From contig CAXXOU010000004.1 in assembly GCA_963677495.2 (NCBI GenBank), positions 1,280,001-1,344,000 of the forward strand: 64,000 nucleotides of DNA, given 5' to 3'. This DNA is from Candidatus Cloacimonadales bacterium (GTDB taxonomy: Bacteria; Cloacimonadota; Cloacimonadia; Cloacimonadales; JAFGVF01). The notes beneath the pieces are model-generated. The model worked only from the letters and a program-made list of their open reading frames with translations. It was not told where the DNA came from and did no database searches. The position numbers were made by a program, and so were the translations under genes. This document shows, one piece after another, positions 1 to 11,116 of this stretch. Position 1 is the first letter of the stretch; every line of letters begins with the position of its first letter.

Positions 1-45
1 GAAACAGTGGGTTGGCAGTGGGTTCACAGTGCGTGCACAGTGCGT
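1..45. repeat. Right arm of 11-bp-phased CAGTG array (cut by window edge)
   Basis: CAGTG at 5, 16, 27, 38. Bases 1-120 closely resemble 27271-27400. Confidence 0.85.
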
Positions 46-190
46 TGATGGATAGAGCAGTTAAAGGGTGTAAAAAGGGCAGGAAATGTAGCTAAGTGAT
101 TACAAATGGCACTGTGTATGTCCATTTCGGACTTGCGTTGCAGCGATAGCGTGACGCGAGAACGAAATCAGGGACATGCGACTTCGGAGT

Positions 191-241
191 GCATTTTAGG
201 AAGTCCGTTGCCTTATCAGGCTGACAAACTCCCTGAAATGC
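191..241. repeat. 51-bp palindromic dispersed repeat (GCATTT..AGG.AG...CTCCCTGAAATGC)
   Basis: Imperfect terminal inverted repeats. Other copies at 27426-27476, 27518-27568 and 54989-55039 (reverse). Confidence 0.8.
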
Positions 242-270
242 GGTAAGTTATTGCAAATGGCACTGTGTAT

Positions 271-473
271 GTCACCCTGAGCGGAGCTGAATGCAGTGAA
301 ACGAAATGAACGGAGTCGAACGGGTCGCTCGGATGACTTTAGTTGATTTCCATTATTAGTACTCACTTATCTTTAGTTTTCATCCAAGAATAAGCTCTTC
401 CTTAGCTAGGAAACTAAAGTTATCAGAGAGTTCCTTCAACTGCGTTCGCAAAACTCACTCCGTTCAGGATGAC
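271..473. repeat. MITE/REPIN-like element with terminal inverted repeats, copy 1
   Basis: Starts GTCACCCTGAGCGGAG and ends CTCCGTTCAGGATGAC (reverse complement GTCATCCTGAACGGAG). The first ~160 bp are repeated at 516-679. Confidence 0.75.
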
Positions 474-515
474 CTGTTTGGCTCTCGAACTTGCCAAAGC
501 AAATTCCATTATCAA

Positions 516-764
516 GTCACCCTGAGCGGAGCTGAATGCAGTGAAACGAAATGAACAGAATTGAACGGGTCGCTCCGGTGGCTTTAGCTGATTTCCATTA
601 TTAGTACTGACTTATCCTTAGTTTTCTCCCCAAGAATAAGCTCTTCTTTAGCTGGGAGACTAAAGCTATCGGAGAGGTTAATAGTTGCTTGCAATGGCAA
701 GCGAGCTCCTTCCGTTGGTCGTCGATTCGACTACGTTCGCAAGACTCACTTCGCTCAGCATGAT
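516..764. repeat. MITE/REPIN-like element, copy 2
   Basis: Same start as copy 1; ends CTTCGCTCAGCATGAT. Confidence 0.7.
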
Positions 765-1756
765 ATGGTGGGTACTCGGATTTGCTGTTGCAAATCCCTT
801 TAGCTGTCATCCGGCTTGGAGTTGAGCAATCACGAGAAAAAGTAACATTACACCACTATGACTCCAACTTGCAAACTCGCTTTGACTCCTATGATGTAAG
901 TTATAAAAAAAGTTTAAGTATTCATAATTTTTTTCTGGACAGAAAGATAGGATACTCATATTATCGGATTATATATGTGAGAATAATTAAATTGTGGGTG
1001 TAAACCCTCTGTTTAAGTATTCTCATCCGGAATTAATTATTTTGGGTGAGATTTTTCTATCTACACTTTCCAATATATTATTGGGACTCTCAAAATAATT
1101 CATTCCTATGATCTTTTATTGATTTGCTAATCACATTATTAGATTAGTATATATGTAATGAATTTTACAGCCCCAGATAAAGAATGGTGACTTTCATTGC
1201 CTGAAGTGTAACGTCCACTATGTTTCATACTGTGAAAGTCACTGTTTCAACTCTACACCAAATTAGTAAAACATCCCCCTACAAACTAAATTCATGATTC
1301 ATGTAAACAAAGTTACTTTATTGACATCGAACGATTCTCTAATATTTGGGACTAGTTACCCACCCTTACAAACATATCTTTAACTTAATATGTCCCAGTG
1401 CATTACATAACTTTAAAATGGTTCAATCCCCCGTAAACACATATAGAACAGCTATGAGATATAAAGAGAAAATACTCATACTTTTACTTTACACTATTCC
1501 ACTAACACATAGGTTTTGGCACAAAATATCTTATATTGATCGAAAAAAATCAGATTTGATTGAAAAGATAGTCGATGTTATTGAAACTAGCAAATCCTAT
1601 AAATATTATGTTAATTCTAATAATAATCGAAAGTGCATTGATTCTCAGTGGGAAAGCCCATTAAATCAAGGCGAACTGCATTGGAATGCATATTGCATAT
1701 GTCATAGACAATATAATGATAAAAGCAAAAACCCAAAAAAAGAGGTAACAAGAACT

Positions 1757-4700
1757 ATGAAAAAGAATCAAATTCTTTTACTCTTGGCAGTATTGTTATT
1801 TGTAGCATTACCATTAATGGCAAGCAACAATATTGAGAATGCGACAGTAAAAAACTTTGATGTATTGGAATCAACCAGTACATCAACAACCCTCCATTTC
1901 AATCTTCCTGAGTTCAAAGTAGCAACTCAAGAATTGAATGGAATGACTTTCAATAAGATTGAAACTGAATGTGACGGCTTTGTCCCTGAACTGGGAAAAC
2001 CGGAATTACCACTTTACTCAACTATGGTTGCTATACCATATAGTGGCTCAGTATCTTTAGAAGTTGTTAACAAAACCTCTTACCAGATAGACAATTTCAC
2101 AGCAGTTCCTGCACAGGACTATACTGTGGAAAACGAAATGGAAAGATCATTTGCTATCAATGAAGATTTCTACAACTCAAATGTAGATTATCCTGAAGTT
2201 GCTGAAAGAGTTTCAGAACCAATGATTTTCAGAGATTTCCGTATCGTTACTTTGACTTTCAGTCCTTTCACTTATAATGCATCAACTAGAAGTTTGACTG
2301 TAAATGAAGATGTTACATACAGACTGCATTATAATGATACTCCAGGTGCAAATGAAATGGAAGCTCCTACCATGTACTCACCTAGTTTCCAGCCAATCTA
2401 TAGAGATTTGATTGCGAACTATGACCTTGTAATGGATAGAAACATTCCAACTCATAACATGAGACTTCTCATTGTTCATGGTGGATCTAATGATGCTAGT
2501 TTCAATGCTAAACTTGATGAGTATGTAAAATGGAAGAAGCAGAAAGGTTATAAAGTTACAATTCAGTCAACAGACGTAATCGGTTCATCAACAAATGATG
2601 TGAAAGCATATATCCAGAGTAAGTATAACAATATTTACACAAGACCTGAATATGTTAATCTCATTGGTGATGTTGGTGGTGCTTTTGATATTAGCTGTTA
2701 CACTGTTCATGGTGGAGCATCAGACTATCCTTATACCTACCTTGCTGGTGATGATATAATGGGTGACGTTTTTATTGGTCGTATGCCAATTGAAAATGTT
2801 GATGACTTCCTGACAATGGCTAATAAAGTGTTTATTTTTGAAAGAGACCCAATTCCGGTACCTCCAACATGGTACAATCATATGTTGCTTGTTGGTTACA
2901 CAAACTCAGCGGGTCAGTCCTCAATGTATGTAAATAAGTTCATGAAAGATTCAGGATTAAAAATCAACCCTGATTACACATTCACAGAGCTTTATGGAAC
3001 ACCAAGTTCTACTACAATGCAGCAGACAATCAACCAAGGTGCAGCCTTCTTTATGTATAGAGGTTGGATTGGTATGAATGGTTGGGACACACCATCTGAA
3101 AGTGAGTTCAATAATGGAAACAAAATGACTCACTGCATTATTAATACATGTAGCACAGGTAACTTCAACAGTTCAGATGCTACTGACAAAATAGTTAGAT
3201 ATGGCTCCCCTGCAGCTCCTAAAGGTGCTATTACAGCTATCGGTATGGCTACTTCAGGAACTCATACACTAATGAACAACGTGCTTTCTTCACAGACTGT
3301 TAATGGTATTTTCAGTCTTGGTTATAGAAACATGAGTGCTCCACTTCTAAGTTCAAAGATACTACTTTATATGGTTTATCATGATTTCATAGCTGACTAT
3401 GCTGAGAAGTTCCCAGGCTGGTGTAATCTTATGGGTGACCCAACAGTTGAAGTATGGGTTAGCCCTCCTGATGCACTTAATGCTGAATACCCAACAGAAG
3501 TATTCCCTGGTCAGACATGCTATCCAGTTTATGTTGAAGATGCTAGTGGAAACCCAATTGAAGGTGCAATTGTAACTATTGTTAATGATAGCATGCATCT
3601 CATTATGGAAACTGATGAAAATGGTAATGCTGTATTTGAATTACCAAATGATTTAACTGAGAATACAACATTCACAGTAACAGCATCTCAGCATGATTAT
3701 ATCCCTCAATATGAAGACGTAACTGTGCATGGTGCTAATGGTATCCACGTAGCCAGCTTCGAGATTCTTGATGCTGATGGTGGAAATGGTGACGGCACAC
3801 CGGATGCAAGTGAAACATTCTTATTAAATGTTACACTTACAAACCCTGGTGATACTGAAATTAATGCAGCAAACGTTGAAATCAGTGCTAACGACCCTTA
3901 CATTAATATCATGCAAAACACTTCTGCTTATGGAACAATAGCACCAGGAGCAAGTGTAACAAATGCTACTCCTTATGAAATGCATATTTATGGTAGTACT
4001 CCACAAGAATATATGGCTTCACTTAAGCTTGAAGTTATTGGAGAAGATTATGAAACATTCTTAGGTTTAGATGTTCGCAATGGTAATATGGATGTTGCTT
4101 CTTATCAGATATACGATGATAATGGCATCCTTGAACCTGGTGAAACAGCTTGGATGAGTCTTAGTCTTGTTAATAATGGCGACCACATGATTGAAGGTCT
4201 TCATGCTGAGCTTTCAAGCACAAGTAACCTCGTGTTCTTCGATGATAACGAAGCTTATTATGGTTATGCAACACCTGGTACTGTGATTACAAATATTACA
4301 GACGGTCTTTATGTTACTGCAAGAAGTCAGCTTCTTACAGGAACAGACATTGTTATCGACCTTTACTTATATAATGATGATGGTTATGAAGAGTATGATA
4401 AACTCTATATTTCAACAGGTTCACAAGGACTAGGTCATCCATCAGGTCCAGACGCATTCGGTCACTATATCTACCATATGGATGATACTGACTGGGCAGA
4501 TGCACCAACATACAACTGGATTGAGATAGCTCCATCAGAAGGTGGACCTGGTACTGAATTTACAGGTCATAGTGATACCGGTACTGATGGTGGTGATGGT
4601 GACATCACAATGTCAGATACAATTGACAACACTAACTTACCATTTACATTTACATGGTACGGTGTAGACTATGATGAAGTTTATATCTGTACTAATGGAT

Positions 4701-6703
4701 TCTTCTCATTTGCACCAACAGAAGTAGGAACATTCAGAAACTACCCAATTCCAGGTACTATGACACCTCAACCTGTTATTGCTCCTTTCTGGGATGATAT
4801 GTTCTATACTGGTAACCAAGGTGTATTCCATTATTACGACACAACAAACAACTACTTTATAATCGAATGGTGGGGAACCAATGGTTTCACTGGCTCACAT
4901 CAAGAAAGATTCCAGGTAATCTTATATGATCCAGCTTACTACCCAACTTCTAACGGTGATGGTATGGTTAAGATTCAGTATCATACTCATAATGATGTTG
5001 ATACTGGTGACACATCAGCTTATCCACCAAGAGCAGGTCAATATTCAACTGTTGGTTTCTGTGACCACCATGGTGTAGACGGTCTTCAATATGTATTCGA
5101 TCAAGATTACATTTCTACAGGTCAGCCTATCTCTGATGGTACAGCACTCCTAATAACAGGTGAACCATATATTAATGCTGAGCCAAACCTTGAACTTGAT
5201 GGCTTAACAATTGAAGAAGCTAATGGTAACGGTTACGTTGAACCGGGTGAATCAATAGAGATTTTTGCCAGTATTATGAATAGTGGTATTGATGAAGCTG
5301 AAGATGTAGTTGCTACAATTAGTTCAACAGACCCAAATATTGCCTTTATCATAGATACTACAAACTATGAAGAGATTCCTGGTAGTGATGGTGTTGCTGT
5401 AAATCCAACTCCTTTCACAGCTATGATTTCTCCTACTGCTACAGAAGGTCTAGAGATTCCTGTTAATATCATGCTTGCAACTCAAGATGATTCATGGCAG
5501 ATTGATGGAACTATTACAGTTGCTTCTCCTCAGATTGGACTTACAAGCGCTATGCTTTGTGATTTCGAAGCTGGTAACAGTAATGGAATCGCTGATCAGG
5601 ATGAGAACGTAACATTAGTTCTTAACCTTCACAATCCAAGTCTTGCAGATATTGATAATGTTCAAGTAAACGTTTCAACTACTAACCCTAATGTAGCGGT
5701 TAATGGTGAAACTACTCTTGCTATGATTCCAGCAGAAGGAAATATGCAAGCACTTTGGGGATTGAATATCCTTACAGCAGTACCAACCGGAACAACTATA
5801 GATTTTGAGGTTGAAATCCAATCTGCTTCTTCTGTAACAACTAACGAAACAGTATCAGTTATCGTCGGACAATCAAGTCTTCAGGCTTGTGGTGTAATTG
5901 TTGGAACAGTAAGCGTAGATACTGGTGATGTTAACCTTGAAGATATCTATGTAACTGCCGGTGATTATGCGAGATTTGCATTAGCTGACGGTGAGTTCAG
6001 AGTTTATCCTCCAATCGGAATGTATGAAGTTGAAGCTTCTCTTGAATACTATGCTTCCGGTATCATGGCAGACGTTGCTATCTCTAATGGTAGTGAAGTA
6101 GCAACAGGTGTTAGCTTAGACCTTGAGTACTTAGCTCCAGCAACCGGTTTAGATGGTTCATGGGACGATTGGGATTACACACTTACATGGACTGCACCGG
6201 CATCAGATCAATCAATAGACCATTATGCTATTTATCGTAGTCATAATGAAGGTGAGTACATGTTAGTAGGTACATCAGACAATGAAGAGTATGAAGATGA
6301 ACTTGAAGAACATGGTCTTTATAATTATTTTGTTGTAGTTGAATATGATGCAGGCTATAGTGAAAACTCAAACGAGCATATATTTAACACTGCGACAGAC
6401 TTAGAAGAAGATGTAAATACTCCACACGTAACAGCTCTTTATGGTAACTATCCAAACCCATTTAACCCTGTTACTAACATCTCATTCTCACTTGCAAAAG
6501 ATCAAAATGTTAAGATTAATATCTATAACATCCGTGGTCAGCTTGTAAGAAACCTTACAAACGAAGTACATAAAGCCGGTAGAAATACTATCCAATGGGA
6601 TGGTATGGACAATGACAACAAAGGTTGTTCAACAGGTCTTTACATGTATCGTTTCGAAACAAAAGGTATGAACACAGTTAAGAAAGCGATGCTTCTTAAA
6701 TAA
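1757..6703 (+). CDS. Secreted C25 (gingipain-family) protein: propeptide, C25 domain, Ig-like repeats, C-terminal FlgD/T9SS-type domain
   Basis: Start moved to ATG 1757 (GAGGT RBS, signal peptide MKKNQILLLL). Motifs WKKQKGY, LIGD, GRMP, NLMGDP and C-terminal NYPNPFNP...KKAMLLK. Confidence 0.88.
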   Translation: MKKNQILLLLAVLLFVALPLMASNNIENATVKNFDVLESTSTSTTLHFNLPEFKVATQELNGMTFNKIETECDGFVPELGKPELPLYSTMVAIPYSGSVSLEVVNKTSYQIDNFTAVPAQDYTVENEMERSFAINEDFYNSNVDYPEVAERVSEPMIFRDFRIVTLTFSPFTYNASTRSLTVNEDVTYRLHYNDTPGANEMEAPTMYSPSFQPIYRDLIANYDLVMDRNIPTHNMRLLIVHGGSNDASFNAKLDEYVKWKKQKGYKVTIQSTDVIGSSTNDVKAYIQSKYNNIYTRPEYVNLIGDVGGAFDISCYTVHGGASDYPYTYLAGDDIMGDVFIGRMPIENVDDFLTMANKVFIFERDPIPVPPTWYNHMLLVGYTNSAGQSSMYVNKFMKDSGLKINPDYTFTELYGTPSSTTMQQTINQGAAFFMYRGWIGMNGWDTPSESEFNNGNKMTHCIINTCSTGNFNSSDATDKIVRYGSPAAPKGAITAIGMATSGTHTLMNNVLSSQTVNGIFSLGYRNMSAPLLSSKILLYMVYHDFIADYAEKFPGWCNLMGDPTVEVWVSPPDALNAEYPTEVFPGQTCYPVYVEDASGNPIEGAIVTIVNDSMHLIMETDENGNAVFELPNDLTENTTFTVTASQHDYIPQYEDVTVHGANGIHVASFEILDADGGNGDGTPDASETFLLNVTLTNPGDTEINAANVEISANDPYINIMQNTSAYGTIAPGASVTNATPYEMHIYGSTPQEYMASLKLEVIGEDYETFLGLDVRNGNMDVASYQIYDDNGILEPGETAWMSLSLVNNGDHMIEGLHAELSSTSNLVFFDDNEAYYGYATPGTVITNITDGLYVTARSQLLTGTDIVIDLYLYNDDGYEEYDKLYISTGSQGLGHPSGPDAFGHYIYHMDDTDWADAPTYNWIEIAPSEGGPGTEFTGHSDTGTDGGDGDITMSDTIDNTNLPFTFTWYGVDYDEVYICTNGFFSFAPTEVGTFRNYPIPGTMTPQPVIAPFWDDMFYTGNQGVFHYYDTTNNYFIIEWWGTNGFTGSHQERFQVILYDPAYYPTSNGDGMVKIQYHTHNDVDTGDTSAYPPRAGQYSTVGFCDHHGVDGLQYVFDQDYISTGQPISDGTALLITGEPYINAEPNLELDGLTIEEANGNGYVEPGESIEIFASIMNSGIDEAEDVVATISSTDPNIAFIIDTTNYEEIPGSDGVAVNPTPFTAMISPTATEGLEIPVNIMLATQDDSWQIDGTITVASPQIGLTSAMLCDFEAGNSNGIADQDENVTLVLNLHNPSLADIDNVQVNVSTTNPNVAVNGETTLAMIPAEGNMQALWGLNILTAVPTGTTIDFEVEIQSASSVTTNETVSVIVGQSSLQACGVIVGTVSVDTGDVNLEDIYVTAGDYARFALADGEFRVYPPIGMYEVEASLEYYASGIMADVAISNGSEVATGVSLDLEYLAPATGLDGSWDDWDYTLTWTAPASDQSIDHYAIYRSHNEGEYMLVGTSDNEEYEDELEEHGLYNYFVVVEYDAGYSENSNEHIFNTATDLEEDVNTPHVTALYGNYPNPFNPVTNISFSLAKDQNVKINIYNIRGQLVRNLTNEVHKAGRNTIQWDGMDNDNKGCSTGLYMYRFETKGMNTVKKAMLLK

Positions 6704-6721
6704 GTTCTTACATATAATATT

Positions 6722-6749
6722 AGAGGTCGCTGAATCATCAGCGACCTCT
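6722..6749. terminator. Intrinsic terminator hairpin between convergent genes
   Basis: AGAGGTCGCTGA-ATCA-TCAGCGACCTCT, perfect 12-bp stem. Confidence 0.8.
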
Positions 6750-6774
6750 TCCCTTTTTACAACTAATAAAGAAT

Positions 6775-7788
6775 CTACTTATTGTTAAGACCATCCTCTA
6801 GATTGATACCTGCCTTAATCAACTCTCTAACAGCTGTCTTAGTAACATCACTTTTGAGTTTGAACTCAGCTCTTACATCATAGACATAAGCTTTAATCTT
6901 CATATGAATTAATGATTTGTCTTCAAACATTTCATTAGCAAAGACTACTCCGATAGGTTTCTTAAGATATATATATCTTGAAACTGCAGCAGCTTTATAG
7001 CCAATCTCGAATGCTTTTTCTAAATCTGCATCAATGGGAAGATATATGTCTGATACAACCTGGCAGTTGTTCTCTCCAAAATTGGCATTCGAAACCATCT
7101 TGTTTGTAACTTCACTATTAGGTACAGAAACTACATTATCATCAGGTGTAACAATCCTAATAGATCTGAGTCCAATACTGGTTACTTCTCCGTAAAATCC
7201 ACCTACATCTATCTTATCCCCTACCTGGAAAGGTCTATCAAACAAAATCATGATTCCACTAAAGATATTCTTCAAAATATCTTGAGAGGCAAAACCAACT
7301 GCAACACCGGCTGATGTAACAACAGCAAAGAGAGTTTCAACCGGTGGGGCAATGACAACCTGTATAACAAAGTAGATTGCGAAAGTCCAACTTCCTATTC
7401 GAAAGATGGGAATAATCCTCTTTATTATAAGCCTCCAGTTATCACGTCTTTCTGAAATGGTATTCAAAATGTTACTAAAAAACTTGATTAACAAACCAAC
7501 CAAGAGTAGTAAAATTATTGAAGTAAATATCTTACCAAAAGAAAGCCTAAACGTTTCAGTAGTTTTTGGCATATTGGCAGGTTTAAGCTTCTTAATACCC
7601 AGATTACTCATTGTTTTATCAAGTGTACTCTGTTTCTCTGTTACAATTGCTGAATCTTTAGCTGTTATAGTAAGTGTAGTAGTATCAATAGTAGCTTTAT
7701 TCAATATGGGTTCAATATGCAATGAATCTTCAGATATAAGGGTCAGAATTGGAACTAACATTATCAGAAATACTATGAATCTTTTCAT
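6775..7788 (-). CDS. mscS: Small-conductance mechanosensitive channel (MscS family)
   Basis: GVAVGFASQDILKNIFSG, DRPFQVGDKI, IGLRS and VPNS motifs after TM helices. Confidence 0.9.
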   Translation of the reverse strand: MKRFIVFLIMLVPILTLISEDSLHIEPILNKATIDTTTLTITAKDSAIVTEKQSTLDKTMSNLGIKKLKPANMPKTTETFRLSFGKIFTSIILLLLVGLLIKFFSNILNTISERRDNWRLIIKRIIPIFRIGSWTFAIYFVIQVVIAPPVETLFAVVTSAGVAVGFASQDILKNIFSGIMILFDRPFQVGDKIDVGGFYGEVTSIGLRSIRIVTPDDNVVSVPNSEVTNKMVSNANFGENNCQVVSDIYLPIDADLEKAFEIGYKAAAVSRYIYLKKPIGVVFANEMFEDKSLIHMKIKAYVYDVRAEFKLKSDVTKTAVRELIKAGINLEDGLNNK

Positions 7789-7796
7789 CTTTCACC

Positions 7797-10700
7797 TCAC
7801 ATTAATAGATTCTTATTGGTTAAAACTTGAACTACAGGCCTAAACAGATAAGGATGAATCTTGTAGTGACCCTCATTCTCCAGTATTATGCTCTTATCAC
7901 AAAGGCTGTTCATAATCAGAGTAGCATTATCTAGTTTCATATTGAATATCGTAGCTGTTTGCTTAATGGATAGCACTCCATGTTGCAAGAGTGCTGTTAA
8001 TACATAAAAACTCTCTTCAGATAATGCATTTAGGAAGGATGAGTCAACTTTCACATCTGCATTTACAATAAGATAATCCTTTTCAACCTTCTCAATTGCC
8101 TGTAATGATAATTGCATTGCCACCATTAAATTACCACCGGATGCAGTCGCCAACCTGGAAAAGAATTTCTTAGCAAGAAACTTCTGTTTATCTTTAGGTG
8201 TCTTACATTTCTTAAAAGCCTTCATCTCTTTATCAGCCAGTGAAGGACGATACTTAACTTGATAGCCACTAATTCGTTGACGCTTTGTTATAACATTCTC
8301 AATCTCCTCAGCGTTCAGGTTACCAAGGTCAATTACTCGTGTAAAATGGGGTTTTATCTCTGCAACTACCTGCAAGTAATCCCAGCTATACTTGTTTCCG
8401 GTTACAATCCAGAAAATCTTCTTCTGCGTTTGATTCATTAATAGTAAAAAGTCGTTTAGTAATCCAAACCCTCCAACAGTCCTTAAGTAAAGATTGTGGA
8501 AGTTTTCACATATCAACACAACAGGTTCTTGAAGTTTATTCAAATGCTTTGCTAGTTCCGATGTATTCGAAACGTTCTCAATCTCAAAAGCTTGTGAAAT
8601 AATACTTACTAGCTCACTTGTAGTAGTTATTGTTTTATCAATGGTGATATCAATAACCCGTTCTTTCTTAAGGATATTGTTTCTCATAAAATTCAATAAA
8701 CTAGTCTTACCACTTCCTGTTTCTCCGTAAATCATTACCTTCGCTGCATGAGAATCCTTAAAATTCCTATACTGCTTATTGATACTCTCAATCTCTTTTT
8801 TCCTCATAACAAACAGTCTATTATCAGCAACAGGCTTATTTTCGTAGAGCTTCTGAAAGATATGTGGCAACTTCTCGAACAGAAGTTCGCTCTCGCGGAG
8901 AATATGTGCAATATGCTCTGTTACATCCTCTGATACTGTCTCAATTCCGGCCATCTCTTTGATTTTATGATACCTGCCAAGTAACATGGAGAAGATTCGA
9001 AGGATAAACTTCCAGACAATCTGTACATATTTCGAAAGGAAGGTTAAACCTGAAAATAGTACTTTTCTAAATTGCTCCCTCGCCATAGCTTTAGTTATTC
9101 TGTTACGGATACTGCTAACAGTCTCAGGATCCAAGAATGAAGTTAAACTTGTTCCACTGACTTGTGCCAGCTTCTTCATACTCTCTGTAACCTCATTCAC
9201 AAGCGCTGTATCATTCTTTTCTGACTCATTTAGTAATGTTATCACGCGCTGAATAGCTTCTACAATCATGTTTATTGCTTTGAGTTGTTCCTCTTTATCA
9301 TCGCTTTTCTGAAGGTGCTCAATTGCCATTTCGGAGTTATAAACAAGAATGTTATCCAACTCTGATATATTTCTTATTGTTTTGTTTTGCTTCCGTGTGA
9401 TTCGCTCTTTAATTAGTTCTACATCTTTCTTCAGGTCTTGAAGAATCTCCTCTTTTATTATTCGTTTTAAAGCTAAGTTAGCAGTAACTGAGTTAGGTAC
9501 TTCCTGTGACAGGTCAAATTGCAAAAGTATAGAGTAGTTTTGCGGTAATGCTTCTACATCCTTGTTCAGCTCTTCCCAGAAATTCTGGATAGCAGTTAAC
9601 AAATCGTTATGTATGAGCTGCTGCAGTATATCTGTGATAAGCTCTTCTCTCAGTTTCTTTCTAAAAACTGAAGTCTGTGAGTTTAACTCACTAGCAGAGA
9701 TAGATGAATCCTTGAATTGATTTACACCCTGAGAGAACCCTTCGATTGCTTCTCGTATCGCACTATATTTCTTTAGTGCATTGCTTTCAAACCTGTTCTG
9801 TATCTGTTCTAGCAAAGTGTTCTTACTTCTTCTCAATACAGCTACGGTTTTACTCATATCCAAGTCTTTAAGCCATTCACCTTTCTCCCCTATGAAGATT
9901 TGAGTCCAAACTTTTAATGCCTTCTCTATCTGCTGATCTAGTAGTTTCTCTTTTATATGAAGTATTCTACCTGTATACAACTTGGATGGAAGCAGGAAAG
10001 TTCCAGCATTCATAAAGACAATCTCCAGGATTTCACTAATCCCCGGGAATATTTTATCCTTACTTTCGATTATTTTTGCTTCTGATGCCTTAAAATCAGC
10101 TAATTTAGCTTCAAACTCTGTTTTCATAATAGATAATAGATCTTTAAGTTTGTTTAGCTCCTCAATGCTCTCTTCATCATCTTTCAGTCGAAAGCATCTT
10201 ACTGTCAGGTTCATGATTTCATGATTTAGATGAATGAGATATGCGTAAACCCGAATAAACTCGGGTATCTCATCAAATAGGAAGTTCCTAATCGGGATGA
10301 ATAGAAAGAAGTGCAAAAGCTCATGTTGGTCAAATGAGCGTGAATTATTTGCCTTCTCCACAATCTGTTCCTCAGACCAAGCCCTATTCTTTAGTTTCAG
10401 CATATTCCTACGCGATTTCCAAAGGAATCTTTGATTACTCTTCCAGACTCTCACTTTAAACCTGTCAGTTGGTAACTTCTTGTAGAACTCGTAAGGTAGG
10501 GAATATTCCGCAGTTTGTGGAATTCTGGAAATCATATCACCATAGGATGCTTGCCAGACTCTTTCAAGCTCTTCATCTCTTAGATTATCGAAAAAATTGA
10601 ATCCGGTGTTTAAGAATTTTCGATTCAGACTCAAAATCATCTCAAGATCTGTTAACTCAATCTGCGAATCATCTTTTGGATAGGATTGGTAAAGTCTTTC

Positions 10701-10805
10701 TAAACTCTTAACGTTTCTACGAAGTAACTCAAGCCAAGCCTTAATCTGATTTGATATACCTGTGTTGCATTTCAGAAGCAGTTCATTGATTTGTATTGGA
10801 TTCAT
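7797..10805 (-). CDS. Large coiled-coil protein with central hydrophobic segment and C-terminal P-loop (AAA-like) NTPase
   Basis: Walker A GETGSGKTS, Walker-B-like VLICENFH, and a possible winged helix at the C-terminus. Ends 8 bp upstream of mscS. Confidence 0.7.
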   Translation of the reverse strand: MNPIQINELLLKCNTGISNQIKAWLELLRRNVKSLERLYQSYPKDDSQIELTDLEMILSLNRKFLNTGFNFFDNLRDEELERVWQASYGDMISRIPQTAEYSLPYEFYKKLPTDRFKVRVWKSNQRFLWKSRRNMLKLKNRAWSEEQIVEKANNSRSFDQHELLHFFLFIPIRNFLFDEIPEFIRVYAYLIHLNHEIMNLTVRCFRLKDDEESIEELNKLKDLLSIMKTEFEAKLADFKASEAKIIESKDKIFPGISEILEIVFMNAGTFLLPSKLYTGRILHIKEKLLDQQIEKALKVWTQIFIGEKGEWLKDLDMSKTVAVLRRSKNTLLEQIQNRFESNALKKYSAIREAIEGFSQGVNQFKDSSISASELNSQTSVFRKKLREELITDILQQLIHNDLLTAIQNFWEELNKDVEALPQNYSILLQFDLSQEVPNSVTANLALKRIIKEEILQDLKKDVELIKERITRKQNKTIRNISELDNILVYNSEMAIEHLQKSDDKEEQLKAINMIVEAIQRVITLLNESEKNDTALVNEVTESMKKLAQVSGTSLTSFLDPETVSSIRNRITKAMAREQFRKVLFSGLTFLSKYVQIVWKFILRIFSMLLGRYHKIKEMAGIETVSEDVTEHIAHILRESELLFEKLPHIFQKLYENKPVADNRLFVMRKKEIESINKQYRNFKDSHAAKVMIYGETGSGKTSLLNFMRNNILKKERVIDITIDKTITTTSELVSIISQAFEIENVSNTSELAKHLNKLQEPVVLICENFHNLYLRTVGGFGLLNDFLLLMNQTQKKIFWIVTGNKYSWDYLQVVAEIKPHFTRVIDLGNLNAEEIENVITKRQRISGYQVKYRPSLADKEMKAFKKCKTPKDKQKFLAKKFFSRLATASGGNLMVAMQLSLQAIEKVEKDYLIVNADVKVDSSFLNALSEESFYVLTALLQHGVLSIKQTATIFNMKLDNATLIMNSLCDKSIILENEGHYKIHPYLFRPVVQVLTNKNLLM

Positions 10806-11116
10806 AATCAGCCATCTCTTTACTAAAATTTGAGATAAGATACGTTATTTTATATATTATGTCACGCAAAAAACAAAAAAAATACTATAAAGTGTTAAAT
10901 TTCTCAAGAATGCTAAAGTTGTTAATCCGAATTTATTCCTGATTTCTTGCCTACAAAATTTGATAATTACGTAGAATAATCACCATTATTTTATAAGATT
11001 TGCCTAAATACTTACTGCTTTTTCATAATGTTTTACATGAAATTCAAATCAAAGAGGTTGGACTAGTTTTGAGGGTTAACGCCCAGTTTCTTCAAAAAAA
11101 GTATTATTGGAAGGGA

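Noticed and set aside
1186..1700. Riboswitch upstream of the C25 gene
   Set aside because: Hairpins exist (GTGACTTTCA..TGAAAGTCAC near 1187-1242; AGTGGG-AAAG-CCCATT near 1646-1662), but I recognise no riboswitch consensus. An Rfam/Infernal scan would be needed.
1346..1756. 137-aa N-terminal extension of the C25 ORF
   Set aside because: TTG start without an RBS. The signal peptide and RBS point to ATG 1757.
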